A stretch of 64,000 nucleotides of DNA. Origin: Okamejei kenojei (lineage: Eukaryota). The stretch is from assembly GCA_035221665.1 (NCBI GenBank), contig CM069145.1, positions 26,784,001 through 26,848,000 of the forward strand, written 5' to 3'. The notes beneath the pieces are model-generated. The model searched no databases and was not told the DNA's origin. It saw only the letters and a program-made list of their open reading frames with translations. The position numbers and the translations under genes were made by a program. Shown one piece after another: positions 12,547 through 25,414 of the stretch (its first letter is position 1; every line of letters begins with the position of its first letter).

Positions 12547-12885
12547 ATTGTTCCCGATGTTGGGGAAGTCCAGGACAAGGGGTCACAGCTTAAGGATAAG
12601 GGGAAATCCTTTAAGACCGAGATGAGAAAGACTTTTTTCACACAGAGAGTGGTGAGTCTCTGGAACTCTCTGCCACAGAGGGTAGTTGAGGCCAGTTCAT
12701 TGGCTATATTTAAGAGTGAGTTGGATGTGGCCCTTGTGGCTAAGGGGATCAGAGGTTATGGAGAGAAGGCAGGTACGGGATACTGAGTTGGATGATCAGC
12801 CATGATCATATTGAATGGCGGTGCAGGCTCGAAGGGCTGAATGGCCTACTCCTGCACCTAATTTATATGTTTCTATGTTTCTATG
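12547..12885 (+). mobile_element. Young CR1/HER1 LINE 3' end (ORF2 C-terminus and 3' UTR)
   Basis: ORF fragment FFTQRVVSLWNSLPQRVVEASSLAIFKSELD is the typical CR1 ORF2 C-terminus. Ends in a (TTTCTATG)n tail. Confidence 0.92.
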
Positions 12886-12913
12886 TAAGCATTTGATTGG
12901 ATTGCTCCATTAG

Positions 12914-13405
12914 AGGGCCTGCCCTACTTAGGCTATTTTTTAGGTGACTTCAGGCGACAAGGCTGTCGCCACATGGTCGCCGGGGTGTCGCCTATATGGT
13001 TATGAGTAGTCTCCTCAATTGCCCAAAGAGTCGTAGGGTCTTTCTGGTCACTGCTGGATTTTCAACATGTTCAAAATTTTTCGCCGACACTCGGTTGATG
13101 CCAATGAGCGTAGCTTGACTTCTCCTGACATAGGTGCTGTCGTAGGTTGTCGCCAGTGCTGGCTTTGGTGAATTCTATTGGTGACTACCTACGTCAATCG
13201 GCGACTGAATTGTCTTCAGTTGTCGCCGACAGGGTCGTAGCTTGCCGCCTGTGTGGTCGTAGGTGGACGTCCTAATCAGTCGCCGGTTGGCAGTAGCTTG
13301 ATGTTGACTAGGTGGTAGGTTGTTGTAGCCTGTCGTAGACATTGTCGTAGGGGGGGTCTAGTCGCCGGCAGTCGCCTAAAGAATTGCCTAAGTGGGACAG
13401 GCCCT
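12914..13405. mobile_element. PIF/Harbinger-type MITE, complete
   Basis: TIRs AGGGCCTGCCCTACTTAGGC / GCCTAAGTGGGACAGGCCCT, flanked by TAG / TAA (TWA-type target). Interior rich in GTCG/GTCGCC repeats. Confidence 0.75.
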
Positions 13406-15397
13406 TAAGGCCCAGATCTTTGTTATATACACACACTGCAGTAATTCCGTTCATTGCTTTTGCCATGCAGCTTAATAATTTTCCATGTTTCGTTCAGTTA
13501 TACAGCCGCATTAAAATTGCCCCATAATACCTGCGTATTATGGGACAATTTTGCCACAACAGCTCAAGGATTATTATCTATGCCCAGGTTTAGCATCTTT
13601 TCATTGAAAAGGAGTAGATTGCATTTGGTTTTGGTTGCCATCTGCATGCAATGTATATTTGAGAGGGCAATTCAATAATACGTTGCTGGGAATGCTTGAG
13701 TGTTTTAAGTAGCAGCATGCAGAAATCCTACTGTCTGTCTTACCTATTTTGACTCTATCTGAAAGCAAATGATTTACTAAATTGGCATGTTTTTTATGCT
13801 GCTTCCACCATGGATGAATACTTCAGTGCAAGGTTAGTGGTTTGTTATCACAAGCGTGATCTCTGGGATTTTGAGAAGAGAAACCCTTTCTTCCCCACTT
13901 GTGGGGAGTGTGGTTCTTTTCTGGATTTCACTTACTCAGCATTAGCAAGGGATTAGAACACTGCTGCTTCTAGACTGTGGCCCTGAACTAACAAGGACGA
14001 TTTGTTTTCTAAAGTACCTCTCAAGTTTCAGAACTTTGCTATGAAACACAAGCAAGGAAATTATTTGGCAGGCGTTGCGGGTAGGAATTGTAAGCAAGGC
14101 CTAATACTCAGTGTAGCAGTTACCTCGCCAGCTATTGGTATAAGCCCATATTAAATTCATTTTTGTCATGATGGCATTTGCTTTGCAATTTTACCGTCTA
14201 AATGTTGAAATTCAATGGCTATTTGGAATTGATTTTTAGCAAGGTGAATTATTGTTAATTATTAACATATTTTTGTGTGATTTCAGTGTTAATGAAGGCA
14301 TGCACCTTCTGGACCTTGGACTGACACTCCTAGTAAAGGGCATTGGCTCTTGTGGGAAGTAAATTGATTTATTTTCTAGACCTCCATCTTATGATGACGG
14401 CTTTTGTGAGTGCTGTTCGTGCACTTTCAAAATCGTAGAGGCTACATTTATATCACGTTGTTTATATTGTTATGCAGCAAATGGTTTAGATTATTATTCA
14501 AGCAATACCAAACAAGCAAGCATAACAAGCTACCATAATCTTAACTCTACATTCTGACAATAGCAGAAACCAGGAATCCCATCTTTCAGTTACTTGTCTG
14601 CAGTTTTCTGCTAAAGTGAAATATGATCTGTCATTTGCAAAGTCTATTCAGAGCTACTTTATTATAGATAACTTTCCATTTCATCATAGTCTATTGGTCA
14701 CAGAGAGACTCGGATAAAAGAAAAATCTGTCTGTGAAAACTTTTTAATAGCTTTCTTTTGCTTTGGAGCTAACATTATTTCAAACCATTAAATTTGTAAA
14801 CGTGCAATTTTAGAAATTCCCATTTCTGGTCCTTTTGTTTTCTCCTAAGTTTTCTCATCCCCTCTTTGCAGATTTTACCCCAGGTTGTTTCAGGGCGGGT
14901 CGCAGTCCATTTATAATGTTCAGTTTTCACTGATGGCATGTTTTGACATAGCTCCAGGTGTCTCTTTGTTTGCCTCGATATGGTTCAGTGGGCTTACCAA
15001 TTAGTGTCAAGCCAAAGCCAGTGGGTAATTTGGAAGGTCATGTGGTGAAGGGGCACTTGGTAAGATGATCCATGGCAGGCTGTGCCTTCGTGCTGTCAAA
15101 ATTGTCCTGGGAAAGTTCAGCGGTGAGTGATGAAGTAGGTTTGGCACAGACTTACGCAGCACGTTTCCTAAACATGACACATTTTCCATGCCTTTCCTCT
15201 TTCGCCCTCACTTGGCTCTGATTCTTTTCAACCAAACTTAAACAGGGATAAGCTCATAATTAAGCCTCTTCTCCAATATCCAACCGAAGGTTAATGTTAA
15301 ATTACATTTCACGATTGTTGAAAACTTCCTTGGAACTTTGTGATCAACTTCAGAGAAGTGTCAACATAACTGGGACTATAAGGCTATACGTTCTTCA

Positions 15398-15505
15398 GTG
15401 TAGGAAGGAACTGCAGATGCTGGTTCACACCAAAGATAGACACAAAATGCTGGAATAACTCAGGGGGACAGGCAGCATTTCTGGATAGGTGGTGTTTTGG
15501 GTCGA
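15398..15505 (-). mobile_element. Penelope-related short repeat copy
   Basis: GTGTAGGAAGGAACTGCAGATGCTGG...GACAGGCAGCAT...GGGTCGAG, reverse complement of 11380-11487. Confidence 0.8.
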
Positions 15506-17487
15506 GTGCTGCTTTGCCAACCTTGCATATTCCCCCTTTAATGGCAAAACAAACTAAATTTTCATTGAGCTATCGGTACAGGGTATGGTGTTTCAATAAG
15601 ATGTAGTTATTGCAAGCTCTTTCAAATAATTATCTTTTGAATAAAAGGTTTAAACTGTCTTTGCACCCTTTCACTGAAACTGTTGGCTTTTAATATCATG
15701 GAGCACATAATTATCTGCAAGTTAATTGTTAAAGACTTTTTTATTTACTTAGTGATAACTTTTGTATGCACAGCATAGTAAAATGATTTAGAAGCCTAAC
15801 ACAATCAAGAATTTAAATCCCCCCCCCCCCCCAGTGCTCTCGTGCTGTAAAAGTATATTGGGAAATGACTGGATGTCTAACACTTCATCTCCAGGCAACA
15901 ACTCTGTTCATAAAGAAAGGTGGTTTCAATTTCAGGGAGAAAACATTCGGACAACAAGACAGCTTGCTTTTGTTCATGCTCTTCTTTTCCCAGTGTAATT
16001 ATAGCCACTTTTGGGAGAACCAATCTGCAGTTGGAATTTGCATGAAACTAATGAGTCAGATTTTTTTTCCTTTAAATAATAATGAACTTGGAACTTTTAT
16101 AAGCTATGCTTAATGGAGCCTTACTGTTTTTTAATTAAACTAAATGATGGTTTAGTGGAATGAAAGAAATAAGAATGGTAAAAACAAGGCACGGAGAGAG
16201 AAAAGCAGACACTGGACTGTATAACGGTGGGGTGGCACGACATGCCATGTTTCTAGACTGTTGCAAACATTTTCTTTGTATCAATTTTTATTGTAAATAA
16301 ACACTCTGATTTTTATTGAAGAATTGCAGTGCTGTTTACTGACATACCATGTAATTTTGTTTGGCTTGATTTTCTCTCAAAAAACAACATGAAAATAACT
16401 GAGGTGTCTCTCCCTCGTGGAGCTATTATGGCTACTATCAAATCTTTCTCCTCCTGTCAATGTCTTCATTGTTTGGAATACAGCAGCTTCACTAGGTCAT
16501 ATCCCTTCCAGCAATCTGAAGACATGTTCTTCTGAGCTTGCTTGTACTTCACCCGGTTTCCACAGTCCCTCTTTGGTATTCAAGTATATTGTTAGAAACA
16601 TTTATGTATTGATTTTGTCACTATGAAAAATGACACAAATTTTCAACCACGACTGATTTACCCAAGTCACAGAAAATATTAGCTTTTAATTTTATTAATT
16701 TTCAGTTCTTGGTCAATGTTAGAATGGGCAGTATTTACCGCCCAATCCTAAGTGTCCTCAATAAGGTGTTGGTAAGCCTGTGTCTTCAATTACTATAGTC
16801 CTTCTGGGGCAGTTACTACCACTATGGTGTTGGGTAGGGCATTTCAGGATTTAAACCTCGTGTTGGTGATGGGACAATAGCATATTTCCACGCCAGGGCT
16901 GTGGGGAGCCTGTAGGTGTCGATGTTCCCATGTTCTTTCTGATCTTGTCTCTGGTGGGCAGAAAGTTTTGAGTTGGGATATGCCGTTGAAGTAATCGCAG
17001 TGCATTTTGTAGATAGTATAATCTGTCGTGGTAGTGGGAATGAAAATTCAGAATAGTTACTAGGTTGCCAGTCATATAGATGGCTTTGTCGTGAATGGCG
17101 TCGAGCTATCTGAGTTATTAGAGCAGCACTCTTAGATGACCGAAGCATCAGACTCCTGCCATCAGATGTTCCAGCTAGCGACCAGTTATTGTAGTATTGT
17201 GTGGCCGGTCCAGCTGAGTTTCTTGACTCTGTTGACCAGCAGTGTATTATTAGTGGGGATTCGTTGTGATACTATTGAGTTGAAGATGGTCTTTGCCTTG
17301 TTCTTCAGTGGCACAGATGCTATTTACCATTAATCAGCCCGTGCTGTCTGTGGTATAGGTCTTGCTGGATTACTTCATTTGTTCAGTCTGGAATAAATTT
17401 TACATTGTGTGATCAATCCTTCCACTAACTTTATGGTAGAAGGAAATTCATTGATGTATACAGATGGTTGGGCATTTGTGCTAGGTG

Positions 17488-18470
17488 TATCAAGAGTGTT
17501 TCATTGTTTAACTTGCTCCAGGAATGGAACAATTAACTTCTTGACTGATGAAGCATTACAGGCATGTTAACATAACACAGCAAATAAATAAAAATAATCA
17601 ATAATACAATAAATTATCAGTAATACAAGGTAATCTGACTGTAGTAGTGTTAACTACAGTATGTCGTGCAACGTAAACAAAGTCCACAACAGATAATTTA
17701 AAAAAATATATATATTCATTTTTATTTATTAGAGGTAAATACATCAGTGTACATCCCGTATATATTGTAATAATCATACCCCTTAATTTTAAGGCTTTTA
17801 TTGAAAAGGAATAGAAACAGAGAAAGTGAAAAAAGTGAAAAGAGTTGTGAGAGTGAAAGAGCGTGCCAAAGGAAAAGAAAAAAAAAAGAAAACGAGCCCT
17901 TGGTCAAAGAGTTAGAGGAAGGAGATTAAGAGATAGACCCTAGAAAAGAAAAAACAAGAGAGAAAGAAGAGAAAAGGAAAAGCCAGTTACTATATTATAA
18001 ATGTCACGCAAAAGGAATTTACTCACAATAGATAATTGAGGTAGGGAGGGTTGTGTAGGCTGGTTCCAGAGCCAGATCGTTGATGGAAACCTGGAGTTAA
18101 CTGTTCTTTGCCTCTTGTACCACCTTCCTCATGGTAGCGATGAGGGCATGGTCAGTGTGGCGTGGCTCTTTGATATAAGCTTCTGCCTTAAGGCAATGGT
18201 TCTTATAGATCTCCCCAAGGATGGGGAAGTCAAATACTGTGATTGACCTGGGTAATGTCCACCACTTTATGCAGCATCCTTCGTTGTTGGGTGTTTCAGG
18301 TTTTAAACCAGGCCGTAATGCAACCAGTCAGTCCCTACTGTACTCTGACTCATTGTTACCCGTTGTTTGTCCAATGTGGTGGTATCATCGGTGTATTCAA
18401 ATGCACTATTGGAGCTGTGTCTGGCTACATGGTCATGGCTGCAGAGAGAGTAGAGCAGAGATGTGAGCAC
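17488..18470 (-). mobile_element. Decayed Rex1/Babar-type LINE 3' part, interrupted at ~17715-18028
   Basis: Tail is the reverse complement of 8320-8427. 18030-18470 resembles the reverse complement of the Rex1 3' region at 35300-35700. Confidence 0.5.
17715..18028 (-). mobile_element. Probable L1/Tx1-type 3' UTR fragment
   Basis: On the minus strand, a T/C-rich tract ends in AATAAA plus an A-run (17719-17729). Abrupt compositional boundaries. Confidence 0.4.
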
Positions 18471-20162
18471 AGCCTTGAGGTGTTGTTAGAGTATCTTTCC
18501 CCTTTATGCATGTTGACCCATTATACCAGGGCTCTTGGGTGTGACACTTGGTCAATTGCTGTCTTGATGTCAAGGGCAGACACCCTTGCCATGCTTCTTT
18601 AATTCCGCTAATTGATCTATGTTTGAATCAAGGCTGTGATGAGTTTGGGAGTTGAGTGGACCACATGAAACCTTGACTGGGCATCAGTGAACGAATTATT
18701 GGTGAATAAGTGCCGTTTGATAGCTCTGTTGATGACATCTGCCATCACCTTGGTGATGATTGAGAGTAGACTAATTGGGTGGTAATTAGACAGATTGGAT
18801 GTGTCCTGCATTTTGAGAATGAATTATCTTTTGATCTGCTTCCTTCAGAAGCCTCAATTAACAGCCATTGCTTGATCACTGACATCTTCGTCTATCAGCA
18901 GTTTTGGCCTTAGAGACGCTGTTAACCTTCCACCTTCATTCAATTTTCCAACAAATCCTGAGCTACAACTGCTTCCAAAGAACACTATCCTGTTTGTGGC
19001 CCAGTTTGTTTTGTTTCCTTATGTTCTCTGCGAATTGATCTCCCTCAAGACGATCTCTGTCTCAAAGGCAGGTTTACCCTGTGCTGTAATGCAAAGGAAA
19101 ATAATTCAAAACTCATTTTTGCTTGTGCCTGCGATCTTCATACATTGCAAACTTTCTATAACTATTGATCCTTTTGTGGCCAAATCCTGTCAGTTGTGAA
19201 TTTATTATCTTTATCCCTCTGACATTCAGTTAGTTCTCTGCTTACTCCCCACCCTGTCCCTGCCTCCTCTTCCCCCAGGCCTCAAATCTGAAACTCCTAA
19301 CTTCTTCCCCTCCATCGTTGATACAATATATTCATTATTTCTCCGTTTCCTTTGTCCTTTATTTTTAAAAGCCTACTGGTATCCTTTTGTAATAGGTCCT
19401 ATAATCATTTTAGTTGTCTGTATTTCAAAACAAAAATACAACTTGTCCTCCAATTTTTGAAATGGTCTTTTTAGACAAAGTTATATTCAGTACAGTACAT
19501 TTCAGTGATTTTAAATGTCAAATCTGAGTCAAATTGCATTTAAAAAAAATAATTTGCTCTGCTTCGCATTTGTGACTGTAAACAAGGTATTGGCCTCAGG
19601 CCAGTGATTTAAAGTTTGTGAAGAACATGAATAAAGAGCAAAACATGCAAGTATGTCTAGACTTTCATCACCAGGATGAGGTATTGTGTGTGGACCTGCC
19701 TTGTGGTGCTGCACCTGATGTCACAAAGCATTCTTCATTTGGAAGTAATACGAGGTTTAACAAGAACTGCAATAATAGACGTGTAACTTGCTCTTCCTGC
19801 TCAACCACTTCCATCACCTCCTGCATCCCTCCAATATCAATCTACACTTGCGTGTATTTGCTTACCCTCCCTCAGATAGGCACTCGCGTTCTTTCTTGCT
19901 AGTGCCAGTCTATCCCCTCCTCCTGCACCCTCATGACCCCAACCTTTGCATCTGGAACCCCTGTTCTGCACTTCCCCAGCCTTCACCACACTCTTCCATC
20001 AAACCCACATTCACATTTTCTCAACAATATCTCCTTTAATGGGGCCTTAGAACAGCTTGTTTGCTTATTTTGTTTTAAACTTGAAGGTTGGGATAGATAA
20101 ACTAGAGAGCACTTATTATGTCTAATTTGTTTAAATAACCAACTAACTGTGATGAATTAGCG

Positions 20163-20394
20163 CAAGGGTTCCCAACCTGGGGTAAATTGCGCCTACCCAG
20201 GGGGGTAAATTTCGCCTACGCAGTGGTAAATTTGTTGATTTTGGATTTGTACATTTTTTCTCATTGACTGACTGTGTTTGGTTCTGGTACACTAGTATCT
20301 GTTTATTATTAGTTCATAAATATGTGAAATGACATTGTTATGAGCTATTAAAGTTGCCAGGGGTAAACGGGACGAAAAAGGATGGGAACCCCTG
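20163..20394. mobile_element. hAT (Charlie-like) MITE
   Basis: TIRs CAAGGGTTCCCAACCT / AGGATGGGAACCCCTG. Repeated subterminal GGGGTAAA motifs. Degenerate 8-bp flanks AATTAGCG / ATTTTGTG (5/8 identical). Confidence 0.8.
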
Positions 20395-22573
20395 ATTTTG
20401 TGTATTCAGACAGTTTTTTTTTAAACCTTATGGTTATTAGATAGTGTAGGGCTGCTTGCCTTTTCTTGTACTGGCTAGTTTGTATAAAATAAACTTACTT
20501 TAAGGCAATACATCAACAAGAGCAACTGGACAATCCATTTATTTGTCTGTGGAATGAATGAGGCCTTCTCTGTCCAATGTATTACTTTGAGGTACTCTTC
20601 CAGGGTACTCTTTGTCATATGCAAGCAACTAAATCTCTCCATGGCTTTGTGGGAAGTGGATATCATTTTTCTCATGTTAATGTTTTAATGTATTCGTTGG
20701 AAGACAGGAAGTTTTGTTTAATACTTTCTGCCTGTTGATTGTAAAGTTCGTGCTCTTTCCAATTCCGAGTTGTTGCCTTAGCCTGATCCCGACCTCCTAT
20801 CTCGTGCTCTCCGAGTTGATGCTAAGATAATGTCAAGCTTAATGTGATCTACAGGACAGAGGTCAAGGGTGAACGCAGAGGTCTTGCGCAAACATTCTTT
20901 TTTATGCCACCAGTACCAGTGCTTGTCAGATCAAGCTCCATTAAAAGAGCTTAAATTGACAGTTGACTAGACGCTTCTTTATGGGAGTTTAAGGAAGTAT
21001 TTGTTGGAACTGAAGAACAGTGTAAACAACAGGAGCTTGTAGGTAGCACCAGAGATTCTTGGAAAAATATCTAATTACTGCCATTTTACTGCTGAGTTGA
21101 AGTTGTTGCTATTCTCTCTTTCCTATTTTCTTTTTATATACTGTTATGGTTCTTACAATGTTTACCATCAATTCTAATGGGAAAATGTCCAATCAAGGTA
21201 CGAATCCCAGCCACTGGAATGGGGCAGGTGGTAATTGTTGAATGATTTTTACAATTTTTTTTTTTCCCCCTGCTGTATCTGTGTAAGCAAAATTCTGAAG
21301 GGTGGTGATGGTGCAGGTGGTGTTGTAATCTAACACTTGTCTGTGTTTGAACTTGGAATCACTCCAGAACTGTCTGAAGGAAGCAGAATGGGTTATAGAA
21401 AATTCTTTGCAGGACAAATCTTAGTGTAAATGAAACTTCAATGTTTTGCAGCTGTTCCAAATGGTGTATATTTTAGCAGATGTGATTTCTTGTTCTTTCC
21501 ATACATTTCTGCCGGCCCAAACTGCCACTCCCCATGCAAATTAAGTTGAGAATTGCTTATCACATGTGGTCCTGACCACCTTAGTTAAGAGGTAGGTTTG
21601 CAAGAAATGGGGTCAGGAGTTACACATTTGAAATTGCCCTGTGATTTTCAGCTTCATTGTAGTGCAAGTGCATAACCTGACACTTTACACTCGTCCTCGC
21701 TGCTTAACACTCTTTGGTGTGGCTTGGGAATTTCAAAGCACTGCAGCCACTGAACATGGAAATGAAACTGGCACAGTTAATCCAGCTGTTGGTCTCAAAA
21801 TGTACAGAAAAGTGGGTCTCAGAAGTCATCATTGGAGTTCTGAATGGTTTTGGTGATTGACAGCGTCCTCCAAAAGTTAAACTACTTTTATTTCATAAAT
21901 ATTTGGAAAAGGACAGGTTAGAATTACCCTGGGCCCATATCAGCAGCTTAACCTATAATTGGTGCAAGTTGACAAATACTTATGAAAGTTGTTTAGAGCT
22001 GCCTTTGCACCATGGAAGACTTTTCCTATCTGGAAGTAATTACAAGTTTTTTGTGCAAATGCAGAATTCTGGCCTAAGTACTTGTCAATGGACATTTGGC
22101 TCTAAAACAAATGCGTGGATTATAGAAATGCATGCATAGTTTGTGTGGTGTTGATTTCATACAACACACATGGTGGATTCTCATGCAGATTGTAGTTATC
22201 CAAAGATCTTAATAGATTTTTCAGATGTTCTCAGAAAATATTTAAGTAATGTGTAAAAAGTTGCAGAACGAGGAAAAACATTTACTAGTAGCAGAGTAAT
22301 TAATCCTGGAACCTTAACTTTCCATGTTGTGCAACATTATTCTCAGTTCAAAATTAAATAACCAAAGCATCAGCAATGCATATGCAGAGTGTCTGGTCAT
22401 GGATGAAAAAAATCCAAATGAAAGTAGAAGTCAACATTTTCCATTAAGTTAGGCTTGTGGTATCTTCATTGATGCATTTTTAAATAAATGGCTGAAGAAA
22501 TAGATTTTAAAGCTTGGGCTAAGATTGTTGCAACTGTAAAGTTGAGTTTTATTCCTTTGCTACTCTCCTGTAG

Positions 22574-22611
22574 AAAGTGGCTACCTATATTGGCAATTAT
22601 TTCTTTGGCAG
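22574..22611 (+). other. Candidate 38-nt internal exon
   Basis: Acceptor TTTTATTCCTTTGCTACTCTCCTGTAG and donor CAG|GTAAGT. No stop codon in any frame. Product not recognised. Confidence 0.3.
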
Positions 22612-22844
22612 GTAAGTTGTAGGGCATTCAAATGACTGCTTTGGTGTGCAGTCGGGCGTTCAAAACACTCCTTCCTTACTGGATTGACAGCAGCTGATGC
22701 CGTACAAACAACGAGGTCAGTAAATGCTGGGGTTACTTGAAGTCAGAGATATCAAACCAAGTGTGCTCTGAAACCATTGTGACTCAGTGTCCGTGATAGC
22801 ACTCGATCCTCAGTAAGTTACTGGAACAGCTTAATATCTTGCGT

Positions 22845-23625
22845 GTTTTAGGGGCGTCGCCTTGTAGCAGCGGCTCCCTGCAGTCCGTCTGTCTTTTTTT
22901 CTTTCTTTTTGTCTTGTTGGGAGTATGTTTTTGGTTTTTTGTTAGCTGTGTGTATGTGTGGGGCAGAGGGGGAAACTTTCTAATCTCTTCCCTGAAGGGG
23001 GAAGCAAACTTTTCCTTGACGTGTCCCTGTTGTCGTTGGGGTCTAACATTGTGGAGCTGACGGCCTCCAACCAGAAGCGACCTGAGGGCTCCAGCCGTAG
23101 AGCCTGCTGGCTTACCATCGCGGAGCAAGCTAACTTCGGAGCTGTGGTGGTGCTGCGGCGGTGTCCCGACTTCGTAGCTACGGCCGAGGGCCCTGTGGAC
23201 GATGGAGTCGGGAGCTCTCAGGTCCCTGGTGGGAGACCGATTTTCAGAGTTCCTGCAACGGCAACTTCGCCCGCCCGAATCGAGGGTTTGAATCGGCCTG
23301 GAGCAGGGCCTTACATCGCCTGCCGTGGCTTAAACGGTCGCGGGACTTACCATCGCCCTCCGGGGGCTTTGACATCGGGAGCCTGAGTCGCCTCGACGTT
23401 GCAGTTTGGCTGCGAGACTGCGGGAGAAGAACAAAGGACAGGGAAGAGATGAGACTTTTGCCTTCCATCACAGTGAGGAGGTGTTTGGAGATTCACTGTG
23501 ATGGATGTTCATGTGGAATTGTGTTAATTGTGTGTTTTGGTCTTTTTTTGCTGTTATGACTGCAGGAACAAAATTTTGTTCAAAACCTGCATGTTTGAAT
23601 GACGTAAAGGGCAATTGAATTGAAT
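22845..23625 (+). mobile_element. GC/CpG-rich non-autonomous retroelement-like insertion
   Basis: Sharp CpG-rich island in AT-rich DNA, ending in GAATGACGTAAAGGGC plus an (AATTG)n tail like Rex1/L2-type 3' ends. No recognisable protein. Confidence 0.55.
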
Positions 23626-24159
23626 GAATTTATCATAATTTGTTAACTGATCCTCTTTGAGTGAACTTAATTTTAACCTCCCACATGCACCCCTTTGAGA
23701 GCAAGCAAGTTAAGATTGTGCTGTAAATGTGGATGTGGAAATATTTGCCCTACCTAAGTCTGGTATTTAGGTTGATGGTTGAAGGTTCTGACATTTGCTT
23801 TGGAGCCAAGAGGTTGAATCCCACCATTGCAGTTGGAAAATTCAAATTCAAGTAATTAAATTGGCCATTCAGCTCTGTGTAAGTGCAGCTGGTCTCATCT
23901 TACCCACCCACCCTGTCCCCCCATTTTTTTTATTGTAGCCCTTAAAATGCATTATTTTTCAATACTTATTTGGCTCCACTGAATGATGCATGAATCTAAC
24001 TCCACTCGCGGAACATTCCCAATACTAACCACTCGCTCTTTATCACATTTTTTGATGACAAATCTATTTTGTGCCTTTTCAGACTCCGTATACCACTGCA
24101 GTCTCTGTCATTTTAATTGCATTCGATTTGCCTATAACATAGCCATGCTCTTTTTCTCA

Positions 24160-25370
24160 AATTAATCCACACTTTTCTAAGTGACAGGTATTCTATTCCT
24201 GACTATTTTTTCTTGGTGGTTAAAATTGAGTTTATCATGCATTCTTTTTTTTTGAACAATGGTGTAATATTGTAATGTTCTGATTCTCAAGGATCTCCCC
24301 CATATTTGATAGATGCATTGAAAATTAAGGGTATGCCTTCTGCAATTTTCTGTTTTCTTCTCTCAGTAACCTTGCATAAATCTTATCTGGACCAGGTGGT
24401 TTATCATTAAGTGTGCTGGTACTTCCACTTCAATGATTTTTAGCTCTTTCAGAATCTCAATACATCTTTTACAGAGACTCTAGAATCATCTTTTTGTTGA
24501 AGACTAACAAGTTCTCATTTACTGCTGAACTATGCCCTCTTACTCCATGAATATTTCTAATCAACCCATTGTCCTCTTCCAACTATCTATTCACTACCCT
24601 GAAAAATATTATTGTTTCCTGTCAGTTTTTTCTTATGCTCACTCTTTGTCATTTCCTTGACTTCTCTCTGATCATTCTGTGATCGACCTGCTTCTCCTCT
24701 GTTAACAAACTCGCATTTGCCATTTTGCCTTTTTTTTTCCCCCAGCTCATTTATCATTTTGGTCAACCACAGAGCTCTGGCTTCAATTTTCCTAACCTTC
24801 TCCCTCTGTGGGAATGTACATCTCTGAAACTGCCCACTTAAGAATAAGGAGTAAGCCATTTAGAAAGGAGACGAGGAAACACATTTTCTCACAGAAAGTG
24901 GTGAGTCTGTGGAATTCTCTGCCTCAGAGGCTGGTGGCGGCAGGATCTCTAGATGCTTTCAAGAGAGAGCTAAATAGGGCTCTTAAAAATTACAGTCGGG
25001 GGATACGGGGAGAAGGCAGGAACGGGGTACTGATTGGGGATGATCAGCCATGATCACATTGAATGGTGGTGCTAGCTCGAAGGGCCAAATGGCCTACCCC
25101 CGCACCTATTGTCTATAGAAATAGCTCTTCTTTAAAAACTCCACTCTTCCTGCCAAGTGTTGATTCCAATTTGCCGATGATTTGTCTTTATCCCATTTCA
25201 ATTGGCCCTCTTTCAATTGGTTATATTTACCTTGGTATGGTCAATATAATGTAACATAGCAATCACTGTAAAGTTCATAATGGCTGTTTCCTGGATGTTC
25301 TTGTTATGATGGCTGCTCAGTTCTGGCTCACTTCTCAGAATCAAGTCTGGTACTGCTGCCGCCTTTTGGG
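24160..25370 (-). mobile_element. Old decayed CR1-like LINE body, interrupted by a younger CR1 at 24837-25116
   Basis: Pyrimidine-rich + strand with residual antisense CR1 ORF2-like patterns on both sides of the young insertion. Confidence 0.4.
24837..25116 (+). mobile_element. CR1/HER1 LINE 3' end
   Basis: ORF fragment FSQKVVSLWNSLPQRLVAAGSLDAFKREL. 3' UTR GATCAGCCATGATCACATTGAATGG...CTATTGTCTAT. Confidence 0.9.
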
Positions 25371-25414
25371 CAAGCAAGATTCAGACTGCAAAGATTCACT
25401 TGGCTCACCAGACT

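Larger units (their letters stand above)
16715..18815 (-). mobile_element. Decayed CR1-clade LINE in two pieces (~16715-17475 and ~18500-18815) split by later insertions
   Basis: ORF 18617-18811(-) SNYHPISLLSIITKVM...TDAQSRF...LITAL corresponds to the RT motif NYRPISLLS...Q.GF. The other piece resembles the 3' region of the same type. Confidence 0.65.

Noticed and set aside
12940-13380. Recurrent GTCGCC/GTCGTAG motifs resembling an array
   Set aside because: Irregular subterminal repeats of a TIR-bounded MITE; no constant repeat-spacer period, so not CRISPR-like.
22784-23559. Stack of 114-142 aa ORFs on both strands, resembling a CpG-island gene start
   Set aside because: Explained by the GC content of an insertion with a retroelement-type tail; no protein similarity recognised.
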